From: Acidaminococcales bacterium
GTDB lineage: Bacteria; Bacillota; Negativicutes; Acidaminococcales; JAISLQ01
Assembly: GCA_031552765.1 (NCBI GenBank)
Contig: JAVBME010000011.1
Location: 4,178 to 68,177, forward strand
DNA: 64,000 nt
Reading direction: 5' to 3'
Shown here piece by piece: positions 19,177 to 27,989 of this stretch (positions are counted from its first letter, which is position 1; each line of letters opens with the position of its first letter). The notes under the pieces are model-generated. The model had not been told where the DNA came from. It did not search any database and worked only from the letters and a program-made list of their open reading frames with translations. The translations under genes and the position numbers were made by a program.

Positions 19177-19797
19177 ATGAAAAAATTTTTATTCCTGCTG
19201 TTCATACTCATGTTTGCCGGTAAAGCCCAGGCCTGCTCCCATCACGATCACGGAGAAATCCATATCGATAGAGTGGAACGAAGCAGTTACAGGGCCAATT
19301 TTATTTTCGATTCCTTATCGCCCTGGAACTCTTACACGCTTAAAAGCGCCCGGGAACATGGAAAAAACTCCTGGGAAATAACCCTGGCGCGCGACACGGC
19401 GCAAGGCGACCTGCCGCTTACTATCACTATCGATATTACAGACGGCCGCAAACAGCCTCTCTTTTTGTCCGCCGCCAAACAACTAGCCTCTGCACAAAAT
19501 GACGTCAACCTTGACAGCCTGCTGCAAAGCGAGCTGCGCCAGCCTTTTGAAAGCGTCGGCCTTGAGAACGTTGACCACGGCCTGTTTGAAGGCCATCGTT
19601 TTATCGCTCTTTCGTCCGGCAAACACAAACGCCCCTGGTCTCTCGGCATGGTCACCTATCGCGGCGGCTATAAATATACCATAGGCATTGTTTTAAATCA
19701 GCCCGGCCGGCCGGAAACCGAAATAGACGGCTGGCTGGTCATTGGACAATTAAAAGCGATTATCGAGAGCATCCGCCCTTTATACCAAAAAGCATAG
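19177..19797 (+). CDS. Exported protein, array paralog 1 (possibly PsbP/DcrB-like fold)
   Basis: Signal peptide MKKFLFLLFILMFAGKAQA; shared array motifs; His-rich mature N-terminus. Alternative start at 19141. Confidence 0.75.
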   Translation: MKKFLFLLFILMFAGKAQACSHHDHGEIHIDRVERSSYRANFIFDSLSPWNSYTLKSAREHGKNSWEITLARDTAQGDLPLTITIDITDGRKQPLFLSAAKQLASAQNDVNLDSLLQSELRQPFESVGLENVDHGLFEGHRFIALSSGKHKRPWSLGMVTYRGGYKYTIGIVLNQPGRPETEIDGWLVIGQLKAIIESIRPLYQKA

Positions 19798-19835
19798 GCG
19801 CCTTTCACAATTCTTTTATCAAAAAGGAGAAAAAT

Positions 19836-20420
19836 ATGAAAAAACTAGCTGTTTTCCTTCTCGCCATGCTGTGCGCCGCAGCAACGGCCCTGGGCGCCGC
19901 CAACATCGAGCACACAGTAGACGAAGCTAATATACGCTTTAAGACTCTGCCAGACTGGAGCAAGAAAGACATAGCAAGCACTCCGGCTGCTAGTGAGCCC
20001 GGCTGGACAGTGACTCTGTCAAAAGAGGGCGCTCCCGGCAAACAATCTCCTGTGTCCATACTCATAGTAGACGGCAGGAAAAACGAAGCTTACCAGTACA
20101 TGAGCGTCGATTTCCAGGGCAAAGGGGCCAGGAACCTGTCCGAGCAAATAATACAGGACAACCGCGTCCAGCAAAGCCAAAAAGGCTACCAGATAAACGA
20201 CTACCGGCTGGCAAAGATCGGCAAAATAAATTTTCTCATTATAAAATCGGAAAATCCACGGCAAAAAATACTTGCGCTGCAAGCCATCACTTTCCTGAAC
20301 AACTACAGCTACACCATAGCCACTAAAACCAGTCCGGGCGCTTCCCCGCAAGAAATAAAAACCATTACGGAAAATTTCGACCTCATCATCAAAAGTTTAC
20401 AAGTCAAAAAAAGCAAATAA
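19836..20420 (+). CDS. Exported protein, array paralog 2
   Basis: Signal peptide; EHTVDEANIRFKTLPDW...ENFDLIIKSL; RBS AAGGAG. Confidence 0.8.
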   Translation: MKKLAVFLLAMLCAAATALGAANIEHTVDEANIRFKTLPDWSKKDIASTPAASEPGWTVTLSKEGAPGKQSPVSILIVDGRKNEAYQYMSVDFQGKGARNLSEQIIQDNRVQQSQKGYQINDYRLAKIGKINFLIIKSENPRQKILALQAITFLNNYSYTIATKTSPGASPQEIKTITENFDLIIKSLQVKKSK

Positions 20421-20507
20421 AAGCAAGGTGATATCCCGCGAAGCTTCGCCTGTTTGCCGGATGACGGCCAACAGTTAATAAAAAGCCTGACGGCAAAGGA
20501 GTTTGAC

Positions 20508-21107
20508 ATGAAAAAATTTGCCATAGCACTATCTTTAAGCATTATCACATTCTTCACTTCGTTTACCGCATGTTTTGCCGAGCAGCTTGCTTTCAACACC
20601 CACGCCGCCGAACTTGGGAAGTTCACCTGCCAGACGCTTTTACCCTGGAACGAAATGATAATTGCCAATGAAGAAACCGTAGACGGCAAAAAAACCTACA
20701 AGTACACCATTTACGCAAGGCCGGCCAAAAGGCGCCTTTATCCTGTTGTCATAATGGCGACCAACGGCATGGGCGACCCTCTGTACGATAAACTTTCCGC
20801 GGCTTTTAAAGAAGGCGGCGATCAGACAGCCCTGAATGAATTTTTAAATGACGAGATGGCCGCGGTTGTTCAAAAAAATAACGTCATTACCTTGCACGGC
20901 ATATATACGACCAAAAATACCCGGCAGAAATTTATCATTATTTCTTCGGAAAAAGGCAACGAATCCACCATATACGCTTCCACCTATATCAACGGCTTCA
21001 ATTACTCCTTTTTCCTGCCTACCGGGCGAGAGTACAAAGAAGACGAACTTAATCAGCTCAAAACTAATTTTTTTAAAATACTCGATACTTTCAAAACTAC
21101 CGGTTGA
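20508..21107 (+). CDS. Exported protein, array paralog 3
   Basis: Start moved to the ATG after AAGGAG; signal peptide; FTCQTLLPW...TNFFKILDTF. Confidence 0.8.
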   Translation: MKKFAIALSLSIITFFTSFTACFAEQLAFNTHAAELGKFTCQTLLPWNEMIIANEETVDGKKTYKYTIYARPAKRRLYPVVIMATNGMGDPLYDKLSAAFKEGGDQTALNEFLNDEMAAVVQKNNVITLHGIYTTKNTRQKFIIISSEKGNESTIYASTYINGFNYSFFLPTGREYKEDELNQLKTNFFKILDTFKTTG

Positions 21108-21120
21108 TAAAGGAGACGCC

Positions 21121-21396
21121 ATGCAAGAGGTCAAAATATGCCAAAGCTGCGCCATGCCACTGGTAAAAGACGCCGATTTCGGCACAGACAAAGCTGGCGG
21201 AAAAAGCTCTGATTATTGTTCTTACTGTTATAAAAACGGCTCTTTTACACAGGATATGGACATGGAGGCGATGATCGAACACTGCACGCAGTTTCTCGAT
21301 GTATTCAACAAACACGCCCAAATCAAACTAACCCGTGAACAGGCCGTAGAACAAATGCGACAGCACTTCCCCAGGCTCAAGCGCTGGGCAAAATAA
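21121..21396 (+). CDS. Putative zinc-ribbon protein (Zn_ribbon_2-like)
   Basis: CQSCAMP...YCSYCYKNGSF...LKRW; RBS AAGGAG. The real start is 21121, not 20848. Confidence 0.85.
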   Translation: MQEVKICQSCAMPLVKDADFGTDKAGGKSSDYCSYCYKNGSFTQDMDMEAMIEHCTQFLDVFNKHAQIKLTREQAVEQMRQHFPRLKRWAK

Positions 21397-21410
21397 GAGG
21401 AGAGCCTGCC

Positions 21411-21989
21411 ATGAAAAAACTTCTTTTGCTGCTTTGCCTGCTCTTTTTTGCCTGTCCTACCGGTGAGGCCGTGCCCGCTATGCCTTATGCCAGCCTGCGC
21501 AATACCGAAGCCAATATCGCCTTTAACGCAAATACAGAGTGGAACCGCCTTGATCTGACAGCCCGCTCTCAGTCCGGCAACGGTCCGGCCTACAATCTGA
21601 CCTTGCACAACACAGTTACCCGCGCCCAAACCGATAATGTTTATATCCAGATTTCTGACGTAAGCAAAAATACCGCCTCGCTCAATGAAAATGAAATAGA
21701 AAGCGCGCTGGTCGGGTCGGTCAATATCATGCAGGAAAATTTTGCCACACTAGGTTTTGAAAACTTCGGTCGCGATACCTATCAGACCGCAGGCAAAAAA
21801 TTCATCATGCTTTCCGCTTTGCGCCCGTCGGACGCCAGCCAGTTGCTTTGGGCGGCAACAATAACGAACGGCTATCTCATTCATGTACAAGCCTATGTAA
21901 ACAGCGGTTTTAGCAGTACCGAATACACCAAGCGCGCCAGCAATTTCCGTATCATCCTTGATACCGTAAGGCCACTAAATGCGCGCTGA
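21411..21989 (+). CDS. Exported protein, array paralog 4
   Basis: Signal peptide (possible FFAC lipobox); EANIAFNANTEW...SNFRIILDTVRPL. Confidence 0.8.
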   Translation: MKKLLLLLCLLFFACPTGEAVPAMPYASLRNTEANIAFNANTEWNRLDLTARSQSGNGPAYNLTLHNTVTRAQTDNVYIQISDVSKNTASLNENEIESALVGSVNIMQENFATLGFENFGRDTYQTAGKKFIMLSALRPSDASQLLWAATITNGYLIHVQAYVNSGFSSTEYTKRASNFRIILDTVRPLNAR

Positions 21990-22000
21990 CAAAGGAGGCA

Positions 22001-22636
22001 GTGATGAAAAAAATACTGGCTGCCATACTTATAGCTGCATTCATCGGCCTGGCCATTCTTTATATCCTACCCATGAAAAATCTTTTTCCCCGCACCGCGT
22101 TGGTACAAGACAACCGGCCGCCGGTCGAACACTTTGTAAAAGAAGCTGATTTTAGTGTAAAAACCTTTGCCGCCTGGGACAAAAGCAGCCCGGTCAAAAC
22201 ACAAGACAATAATAAAACCAAGGAATTTACTGTAGACATTTATCAAAGCAATGGCGGCAAAAACGAATATCCTATAAAAATTACTGTAAAACCGGCGCCG
22301 GACGACCTTACTCAATTTGCCCCGGGGGTTCCTTTTGCCCTTGTTCCCAACGGCATACTAATAGACCAGGTTGTGCCGCAAAGCGAGCGGGCCTTTAAAT
22401 TGACCGGCGGGGAAATACTCTTGTCTTCTATAGTTACCGCGCCGGCAGCTAAATTTGTCTTCCTTGCCGCCAGAAAAGGCACGACCTTTGCCCTTTATGC
22501 CACCACAGTGATAGGAGGCTACCAGTATATTTTTTTGCAGGACATAGAAAAAAGCGACACGTTCAGCCAAGAAGAACTCGAAGTATTAAAAAACAACTTC
22601 AAGCTCGTCCTGGATAGTTTTAAACCGATCAGCTAA
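22001..22636 (+). CDS. Membrane-anchored or exported protein, array paralog 5
   Basis: N-terminal TM; VEHFVKEADFSVKTFAAW...NNFKLVLDSFKPI. Confidence 0.8.
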   Translation: MMKKILAAILIAAFIGLAILYILPMKNLFPRTALVQDNRPPVEHFVKEADFSVKTFAAWDKSSPVKTQDNNKTKEFTVDIYQSNGGKNEYPIKITVKPAPDDLTQFAPGVPFALVPNGILIDQVVPQSERAFKLTGGEILLSSIVTAPAAKFVFLAARKGTTFALYATTVIGGYQYIFLQDIEKSDTFSQEELEVLKNNFKLVLDSFKPIS

Positions 22637-22764
22637 AACACAGATACAACAATGCCGTAGTATAGCTTTCCAACCGAACAGGCTGGCCTGCATCATGGAA
22701 CATGACTTGTCTTCTTTATTCCAATAACCCTTTTGCCGCTTAATAAAAAATAAGGAGACCTCAA

Positions 22765-23853
22765 ATGAAAAAGTTTTTTGCCACCTTTCTCTGCCTGGTT
22801 TTTTTACTTTTAGCCGGCCCTGCCGCAGCGGAAAACATCGTCCACAAATCGGCGGATTACGGTTTCAGTTTCGAAGCTACCGGCGACTATGGCCGCTTTA
22901 TCCTGGCGGAAAAAGGCATAACGCCAAAAGACGGGATGTTTTTTGCCACATATGTGCTCGCCCCCAGCAAGCCAAAGCTGCCGCCCATCGTCATCAGGGT
23001 GTCCTACGGCAACTTTTTCCTTGATAAAAGTATTACTTTTGACAGCTTGTTCCATGACCGCAAAATGCAAAAAAAATATATTAACGAACTGCAAACCGCC
23101 TCGCCTGAACTGAAAGCAAAAATAACCGGCGAGAAAACCGCGGGGAAAAACCGTTTCCTCGTCACTCATTTTAAAGGTAAAGAACTTGATTTTTTTAATT
23201 ATGCCGCCGCTAAAAAAGATGAGTTGATAGACATCACTTACCGGAACCTCAAAAACCTCACGCCAAGTGAAAGCAAAATACTGGAAGAAAATATCGAACT
23301 GGTCTTAAAAACCATCACCTGGCCGGACAGCCTGTCCACTCAAACGGAAATCAAACAAAATTCAGAAAAAAAACGCGTAGATTACAAACTTGACAATATC
23401 GGCCTGGCTTTTTCCAGCACAGAAGCTTTTCCTCAAGCCAATGCGCTTAAAATCTCCACCACCTTTCCAGCTTTCATTTGCATGCTGTACAGCGAAAAGC
23501 GCCTGTATCCGCCAGTAGATATCTGGTGCAGCAGCGCGCCGAAAAAACAGGCTGACGTTTCCTACAGTAAAGATAAATACGCCGATGACTTTGAAAAAGA
23601 GGTCAAACGCCCTGACGCCCTGACCAATATCAAATACAGCAGGCTGTTTGCCAGAAAAGCCGTAGTAACGCCGAATTACAAATTTATCGTCACCATCCTT
23701 GAAGTGGACGGCAAAAAGGACTTTTCCGCCAAAACTATAGAAAATGGCAAGACCTACACAATACACACCAACGCGCCTATGAATAAACCGGAACAACACC
23801 GGGCAGTGGAAGAGAATTTCTACCTGGTGCTCGAAACATTCAAAATATTATAA
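22765..23853 (+). CDS. Exported protein with two tandem copies of the array domain (paralog 6)
   Basis: Signal peptide; domain 1 ends EENIELVLKTITW and domain 2 ends EENFYLVLETFKIL. Confidence 0.8.
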   Translation: MKKFFATFLCLVFLLLAGPAAAENIVHKSADYGFSFEATGDYGRFILAEKGITPKDGMFFATYVLAPSKPKLPPIVIRVSYGNFFLDKSITFDSLFHDRKMQKKYINELQTASPELKAKITGEKTAGKNRFLVTHFKGKELDFFNYAAAKKDELIDITYRNLKNLTPSESKILEENIELVLKTITWPDSLSTQTEIKQNSEKKRVDYKLDNIGLAFSSTEAFPQANALKISTTFPAFICMLYSEKRLYPPVDIWCSSAPKKQADVSYSKDKYADDFEKEVKRPDALTNIKYSRLFARKAVVTPNYKFIVTILEVDGKKDFSAKTIENGKTYTIHTNAPMNKPEQHRAVEENFYLVLETFKIL

Positions 23854-23863
23854 AGGAGTTACC

Positions 23864-24256
23864 ATGTTCCCTTTTTTAAAATCTCTGTTTAATTTTAAAG
23901 GCCAGATGGCCAGAAAGCAGTATGCCCTGGTGAATTTAGGGCTTCTCGTTTTCCTCCTCTTTTTGGCCAAATTGCAAGCATTCGGCATCATCCTGCCTAA
24001 TGCCGTCGGCGTGCCTCTATTGATAATAATGGCGGTCATCCGCCTCTTTAGCGATGTGCAACGCCTGCGCGACCTGCACCAGCCCATAATAGCAATTTTA
24101 TTCGTAGTGGCACTAATATTGTTCCTGCCGGAATTTACCATACAGGTAATCCTTATCTGGACCATCTCACTGGCGCTTATCAAAAACAGCGATGCTATCA
24201 GTAAAAAATTGCCGCCTGCACTGTCTAAAGAAAACGGCAAGGAGGATAAGGTTTGA
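23864..24256 (+). CDS. DUF805-like membrane protein (divergent)
   Basis: FNFKGQMARKQY...VQRLRDL, resembling the DUF805 G.R..R..Y/RRLHD pattern. Confidence 0.7.
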   Translation: MFPFLKSLFNFKGQMARKQYALVNLGLLVFLLFLAKLQAFGIILPNAVGVPLLIIMAVIRLFSDVQRLRDLHQPIIAILFVVALILFLPEFTIQVILIWTISLALIKNSDAISKKLPPALSKENGKEDKV

Positions 24257-24642
24257 AAACCTTCTTCTCGTCTCTTTTGCTGTACCAGGGCCGCCACAAC
24301 CGTAAACAGTTTATCTGTAGCCAGCTTATTGCCTATACAATAATGCTGGTTCCCCTTTTTGTGGTGGGTTACGACATTGTCGAGCACTACGGGCCAAACT
24401 TGCCACAAGAAGAGTACCAGCATATACTGTTTGGGCAATACGCGTTCATTACTATGCCGCCTGTAATTATTGCCGCTTACCTCCTGCTGGCCAGCTATAT
24501 GAAGCGCCTCCACGACCTTGGCCACGCCGGCTGGTGGGCCCTGCTCATACTTTTTCCCTATATCCGCTACGCCTGCCTTTTATACTTGACCATACAAAAA
24601 GGAGAACCGGACACTAACATATATGGGCCGGCACAGGCCTAA
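24253..24642 (+). CDS. DUF805-family membrane protein
   Basis: YQGRHNRKQF...KRLHDLGHAGWW...KGEPDTNIYGP. Confidence 0.88.
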   Translation: MKTFFSSLLLYQGRHNRKQFICSQLIAYTIMLVPLFVVGYDIVEHYGPNLPQEEYQHILFGQYAFITMPPVIIAAYLLLASYMKRLHDLGHAGWWALLILFPYIRYACLLYLTIQKGEPDTNIYGPAQA

Positions 24643-24684
24643 CGCCAGATAAAAATAAATAAAATGCAAAAGGATACCATCAGC

Positions 24685-25269
24685 ATGAAAAAAATCTTCC
24701 TCATAGCAATCCTTTTGTTGTGCTGCGGCTGTAGCGCCAACTTACCCATGCCAAAACAGCCTACAGTCGAACATGTCAGCAAAGAGGCGCGCTTCTCACT
24801 GCGCACCACCCCGGACTGGAATAAAATGACTACTATCACCCAAACCAATGTCAACAACCAGCCTTTTTATTGTCTCGCCATCTACCCGGAAAACAAGCCC
24901 AAAGACCAAGGAATATGGATATATTCCGTCGACGAGAAAAACAGCCAAACTGCCATCCAGCAGCTGGCCGCGCTCTTAAACAAAAAACCGTCGGAAACCG
25001 TCCTACAGGAAATAAAAAAAGCCGAGCAACAGGCCTTCCTGCAAAAAGGCTGGCAGGAAAGCGGCAGCAGCCTGCACAAAGCCCCGGCGGCCGACTTTAT
25101 TGTCATGACCAATAAAAAGGGCAAGGCTACCGTCCTATACGCCATAACATATTATGATAACGTAAAATACACTGTATTTTTGAACATACCGCCCGGCTCG
25201 CCCAAACCTGATGAAGAAAAGGCGCGTGAAAATTTTTTCCTAACGCTTGATACCTTCCGGCCGCTATAA
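24685..25269 (+). CDS. Lipoprotein, array paralog 7
   Basis: MKKIFLIAILLLCCGC lipobox; VEHVSKEARFSLRTTPDW...ENFFLTLDTFRPL. Confidence 0.8.
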   Translation: MKKIFLIAILLLCCGCSANLPMPKQPTVEHVSKEARFSLRTTPDWNKMTTITQTNVNNQPFYCLAIYPENKPKDQGIWIYSVDEKNSQTAIQQLAALLNKKPSETVLQEIKKAEQQAFLQKGWQESGSSLHKAPAADFIVMTNKKGKATVLYAITYYDNVKYTVFLNIPPGSPKPDEEKARENFFLTLDTFRPL

Positions 25270-25317
25270 AGGTTTAATATTGACTGTTTAAAATAAGCTA
25301 TCGGAAAGTGGTGAAAT

Positions 25318-26769
25318 ATGACCTTAGGCCTTGCCGTTTTTTTATTGTTGCTGCTTCTTGCCCTGACTTTAGCAAAACCACACGTGAATAAGAAAAAATA
25401 TGCCAGTACCTTGTTTATCCCGGGCCTGGCTTTGCTATCAGCAGCGACATCATATGCACTCGTGGCCCTGATTGCTGAATATACCGACGTTTTTTATGAC
25501 GGCTCCCCACGTTTCTTCTTAATAGTGGCAATTGTCGGCGTGGCGCTGTTCTACTTGTTCCTGAAAACACTGAATAAGCCGCTAGAGCACTTCAGCGGGC
25601 GCGCCTGGCTGCTGCGCGCGCTGCTTACACTAGCGGTTATTATTTTATTCGGTTACGCCGGGCTAGGCATCTTTATTATCTTTGCGCTCAGCGGACAAAA
25701 GACTTTTTATCTGCTTATCGCGTTTTTGTTCTGGCTGTTGCTGCTTTATATTTTCCTGACGATCATATGGCGGCGCGACCGCTTCAAAAGACAGCGTAAA
25801 TACCTTTTCGCCATATTTTTACTTTGCACATTGACTATAGGCGGTTATTACATGTGGGAACTGCAACAGGAAAAAATCCCCGTACTGCGCGACCGCGCCA
25901 TAGAATTGACCCAATATGAACCCTTTAAAAAATCCGCCAAATTGGCCCGACTAGAAGCGCCGGCGCGTTTTAAAATAACGGAGAACCTGCCCCGTTTAGA
26001 CGGAGCTATCGCTCTTTACCCTATAATGGCCGCTTTTGTTGAGGCGACTTACCCTACCGGCGACTACAGCGAGCCGCAAAGCGATGGCAAAAAACTGTTG
26101 CGTATGAGAAATACCCCTGGCGCTTATCAGGCTTTAATCGACGGTGAAGTTGACATCATTTTTGTCGCCGCTCCTTCCGCCGCGCAAAAAGAAGCGGCCA
26201 GAAAGGCCGGCGTACAGCTAAAAATGACGCCTATCGGCAAAGAAGCATTTGTATTTTTTGTCAATAGCCAAAACCCGGTGACCGGTCTTACTGTGGCGCA
26301 AATACAAAACATTTACAGCGGCAATATCACCAACTGGCAGGCAGTCGGCGGGAAAAATGACCGCATCAAAGCTTTTCAGCGCAACGCCGGCAGCGGCAGC
26401 CAATCCGCCCTGGAGCGGCTGATGCAGGGCAAACCGCTCATGCGGCCGCCTATCGAAGAACGCCCGGGCGGCATGGGCGGGATCGTGGAAATGACCGCCG
26501 ACTACAAAAACCACTATAACGCCCTCGGTTTTTCCTTCCGCTATTTTACCGCCGAAATGTTTACCAGCAACCAGATACGCCTGCTAGCGATAAATGATGT
26601 GCCGCCAAACAAAGACACTATACGAAATGGCAGCTATCCCCTTACTGCCGAATTTTACGCAGTCACTGCCGGCTCGAAAAATCCCCAGGTGCAACCATTT
26701 ATCGACTGGATGCTGTCTGACGAAGGTCAGGAATTGATAGAAAAAACTGGATATGTAGGCTTGAACTAG
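25318..26769 (+). CDS. Multi-TM protein fused to a PstS/PBP-like substrate-binding domain
   Basis: About 6 N-terminal TM segments, then LDGAIALYP, EAFVFFVN..NPV, IYSGNITNW..VGG and QRNAGSGSQ. Confidence 0.85.
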   Translation: MTLGLAVFLLLLLLALTLAKPHVNKKKYASTLFIPGLALLSAATSYALVALIAEYTDVFYDGSPRFFLIVAIVGVALFYLFLKTLNKPLEHFSGRAWLLRALLTLAVIILFGYAGLGIFIIFALSGQKTFYLLIAFLFWLLLLYIFLTIIWRRDRFKRQRKYLFAIFLLCTLTIGGYYMWELQQEKIPVLRDRAIELTQYEPFKKSAKLARLEAPARFKITENLPRLDGAIALYPIMAAFVEATYPTGDYSEPQSDGKKLLRMRNTPGAYQALIDGEVDIIFVAAPSAAQKEAARKAGVQLKMTPIGKEAFVFFVNSQNPVTGLTVAQIQNIYSGNITNWQAVGGKNDRIKAFQRNAGSGSQSALERLMQGKPLMRPPIEERPGGMGGIVEMTADYKNHYNALGFSFRYFTAEMFTSNQIRLLAINDVPPNKDTIRNGSYPLTAEFYAVTAGSKNPQVQPFIDWMLSDEGQELIEKTGYVGLN

Positions 26770-26799
26770 AAAACACCCGGATAACATCCGGGCGTTTTT
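26770..26799. terminator. Bidirectional intrinsic terminator
   Basis: AAAACACCCGGAT-aac-ATCCGGGCGTTTTT between convergent genes. Confidence 0.8.
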
Positions 26800-26810
26800 G
26801 TTAAACAACT

Positions 26811-27221
26811 CTAGTCGCGTTGCGATAATTCAAGAAGAATGCCGCCGGTAGCTTTGGGATGGACGAACGCTATACTGGCTTTCCCCGCTCCATAACGCGA
26901 CTTCTCATCGATCATCCGTATGCCTTTGGCTTTCAGGTCGGCGATGGCTGCCTCTATATTATCGACCCTGAGCGCCATATGCTGGATGCCCTCGCCGCTT
27001 CTTTCAATAGCTTTGGCAATAGGCCCGTCCGGTGAAGTCGACTCTAAAATTTCCAGCTCACTGTCCCCCACCGGGAAGAAGGTGACTTTTACTTTTTGGT
27101 CTTCCACCACTTCTTCCCCTGAATCCGAAAGCCCTAGCACATCTCTATAAAAACCCTTTGCTGCATCCAGATCTTTGACAGCAATACCAATATGGTCTAT
27201 ACGCGTAACTTTAAATGACAT
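26811..27221 (-). CDS. mce: Methylmalonyl-CoA epimerase
   Basis: IDHIGIAV, GEGIQHMALRVDNI and FVHPKATGGILLEL motifs. Confidence 0.92.
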   Translation of the reverse strand: MSFKVTRIDHIGIAVKDLDAAKGFYRDVLGLSDSGEEVVEDQKVKVTFFPVGDSELEILESTSPDGPIAKAIERSGEGIQHMALRVDNIEAAIADLKAKGIRMIDEKSRYGAGKASIAFVHPKATGGILLELSQRD

Positions 27222-27346
27222 TTTACTTACCCCCTTTTGTTATCAATATAATTAATATTGATTCTTTATTAATATTATATATCAACATTTATCAAAATAC
27301 AAGCAGAAAATAAAATTTCTGCTAAAATCTTTTGTTGCGTTAAAAA

Positions 27347-27385
27347 TAAAAAAATCAGCGCCCCTAAAATAAGGGCGCTGATTTT
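27347..27385. terminator. Intrinsic terminator
   Basis: AAAATCAGCGCCC...GGGCGCTGATTTT. Confidence 0.8.
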
Positions 27386-27845
27386 ACCTTGTTTTCTTTT
27401 TATAAGACTCCCGCCGTTTCTTACCCTCGGCAAAAGCGGCCTTTTCCTCTGGCGTTTCCACTATCAGCTCTGGTATTTCCTGCGGGCGGCCTTTTTTGTC
27501 GATAGCCACCATAGTAAAATAAGCGGACAAAGCTTTGGTGCGCCGTTCGCTCTCGAGGTCTTCCACTTCGACATTTACTGCGACTTCCATAGAAGACTTG
27601 CCAGCAAACACTACCTGGGCGCTGCTAATGACCAAATCGCCAATAAATATCGGCAAATGAAATTCCAACTCGTCTACCCGGGCGGTCACCACATTGGAGC
27701 GGGCAAAACGGCGGGCGGACGCATAAGCGGTCGAGTCCATCAGCTTCATGATTTCACCGCCGTGTATGTTACCGGCCACATTAGCCTGGCTCGGCATCAT
27801 AACTTCACTGATCACAATAATCGAACTTGCTGAAGTTTTTTGCAT
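27384..27845 (-). CDS. Hotdog-fold acyl-CoA thioesterase (YciA-like)
   Basis: AN..GNIHGGEIMKLMD, VVTARVD and GKSSMEV motifs. Confidence 0.92.
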   Translation of the reverse strand: MQKTSASSIIVISEVMMPSQANVAGNIHGGEIMKLMDSTAYASARRFARSNVVTARVDELEFHLPIFIGDLVISSAQVVFAGKSSMEVAVNVEVEDLESERRTKALSAYFTMVAIDKKGRPQEIPELIVETPEEKAAFAEGKKRRESYKKKTR

Positions 27846-27946
27846 CTTGCACCCTCCTTTTACCTTTTATAACATGCTTCGAATAAATTATAACACATGC
27901 CTATTGATATTTTTTATTGTAAAATAATTTTTACAATCTTTAGCGA

Positions 27947-27976
27947 TAAAAAAGCCCGGCGAAAAACGCCGGGCTT
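27947..27976 (-). terminator. Intrinsic terminator after the M48 peptidase
   Basis: AAGCCCGGCG...CGCCGGGCTT, with T-tract on the minus strand. Confidence 0.8.
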
Positions 27977-27989
27977 GGTAATACCTTGA

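Noticed and set aside
20848-21120. N-terminal extension of the Zn-ribbon ORF (182 aa in the ORF track)
   Set aside because: It overlaps paralog 3 in another frame, and a strong RBS precedes ATG 21121.
18750-25320. Integron cassette array, DGR or shufflon explanation for the paralog array
   Set aside because: Spacers share no repeated attC-like or recombination sequence, there is no near-identical template/variable repeat pair, and no integrase, reverse transcriptase or invertase is in the window.
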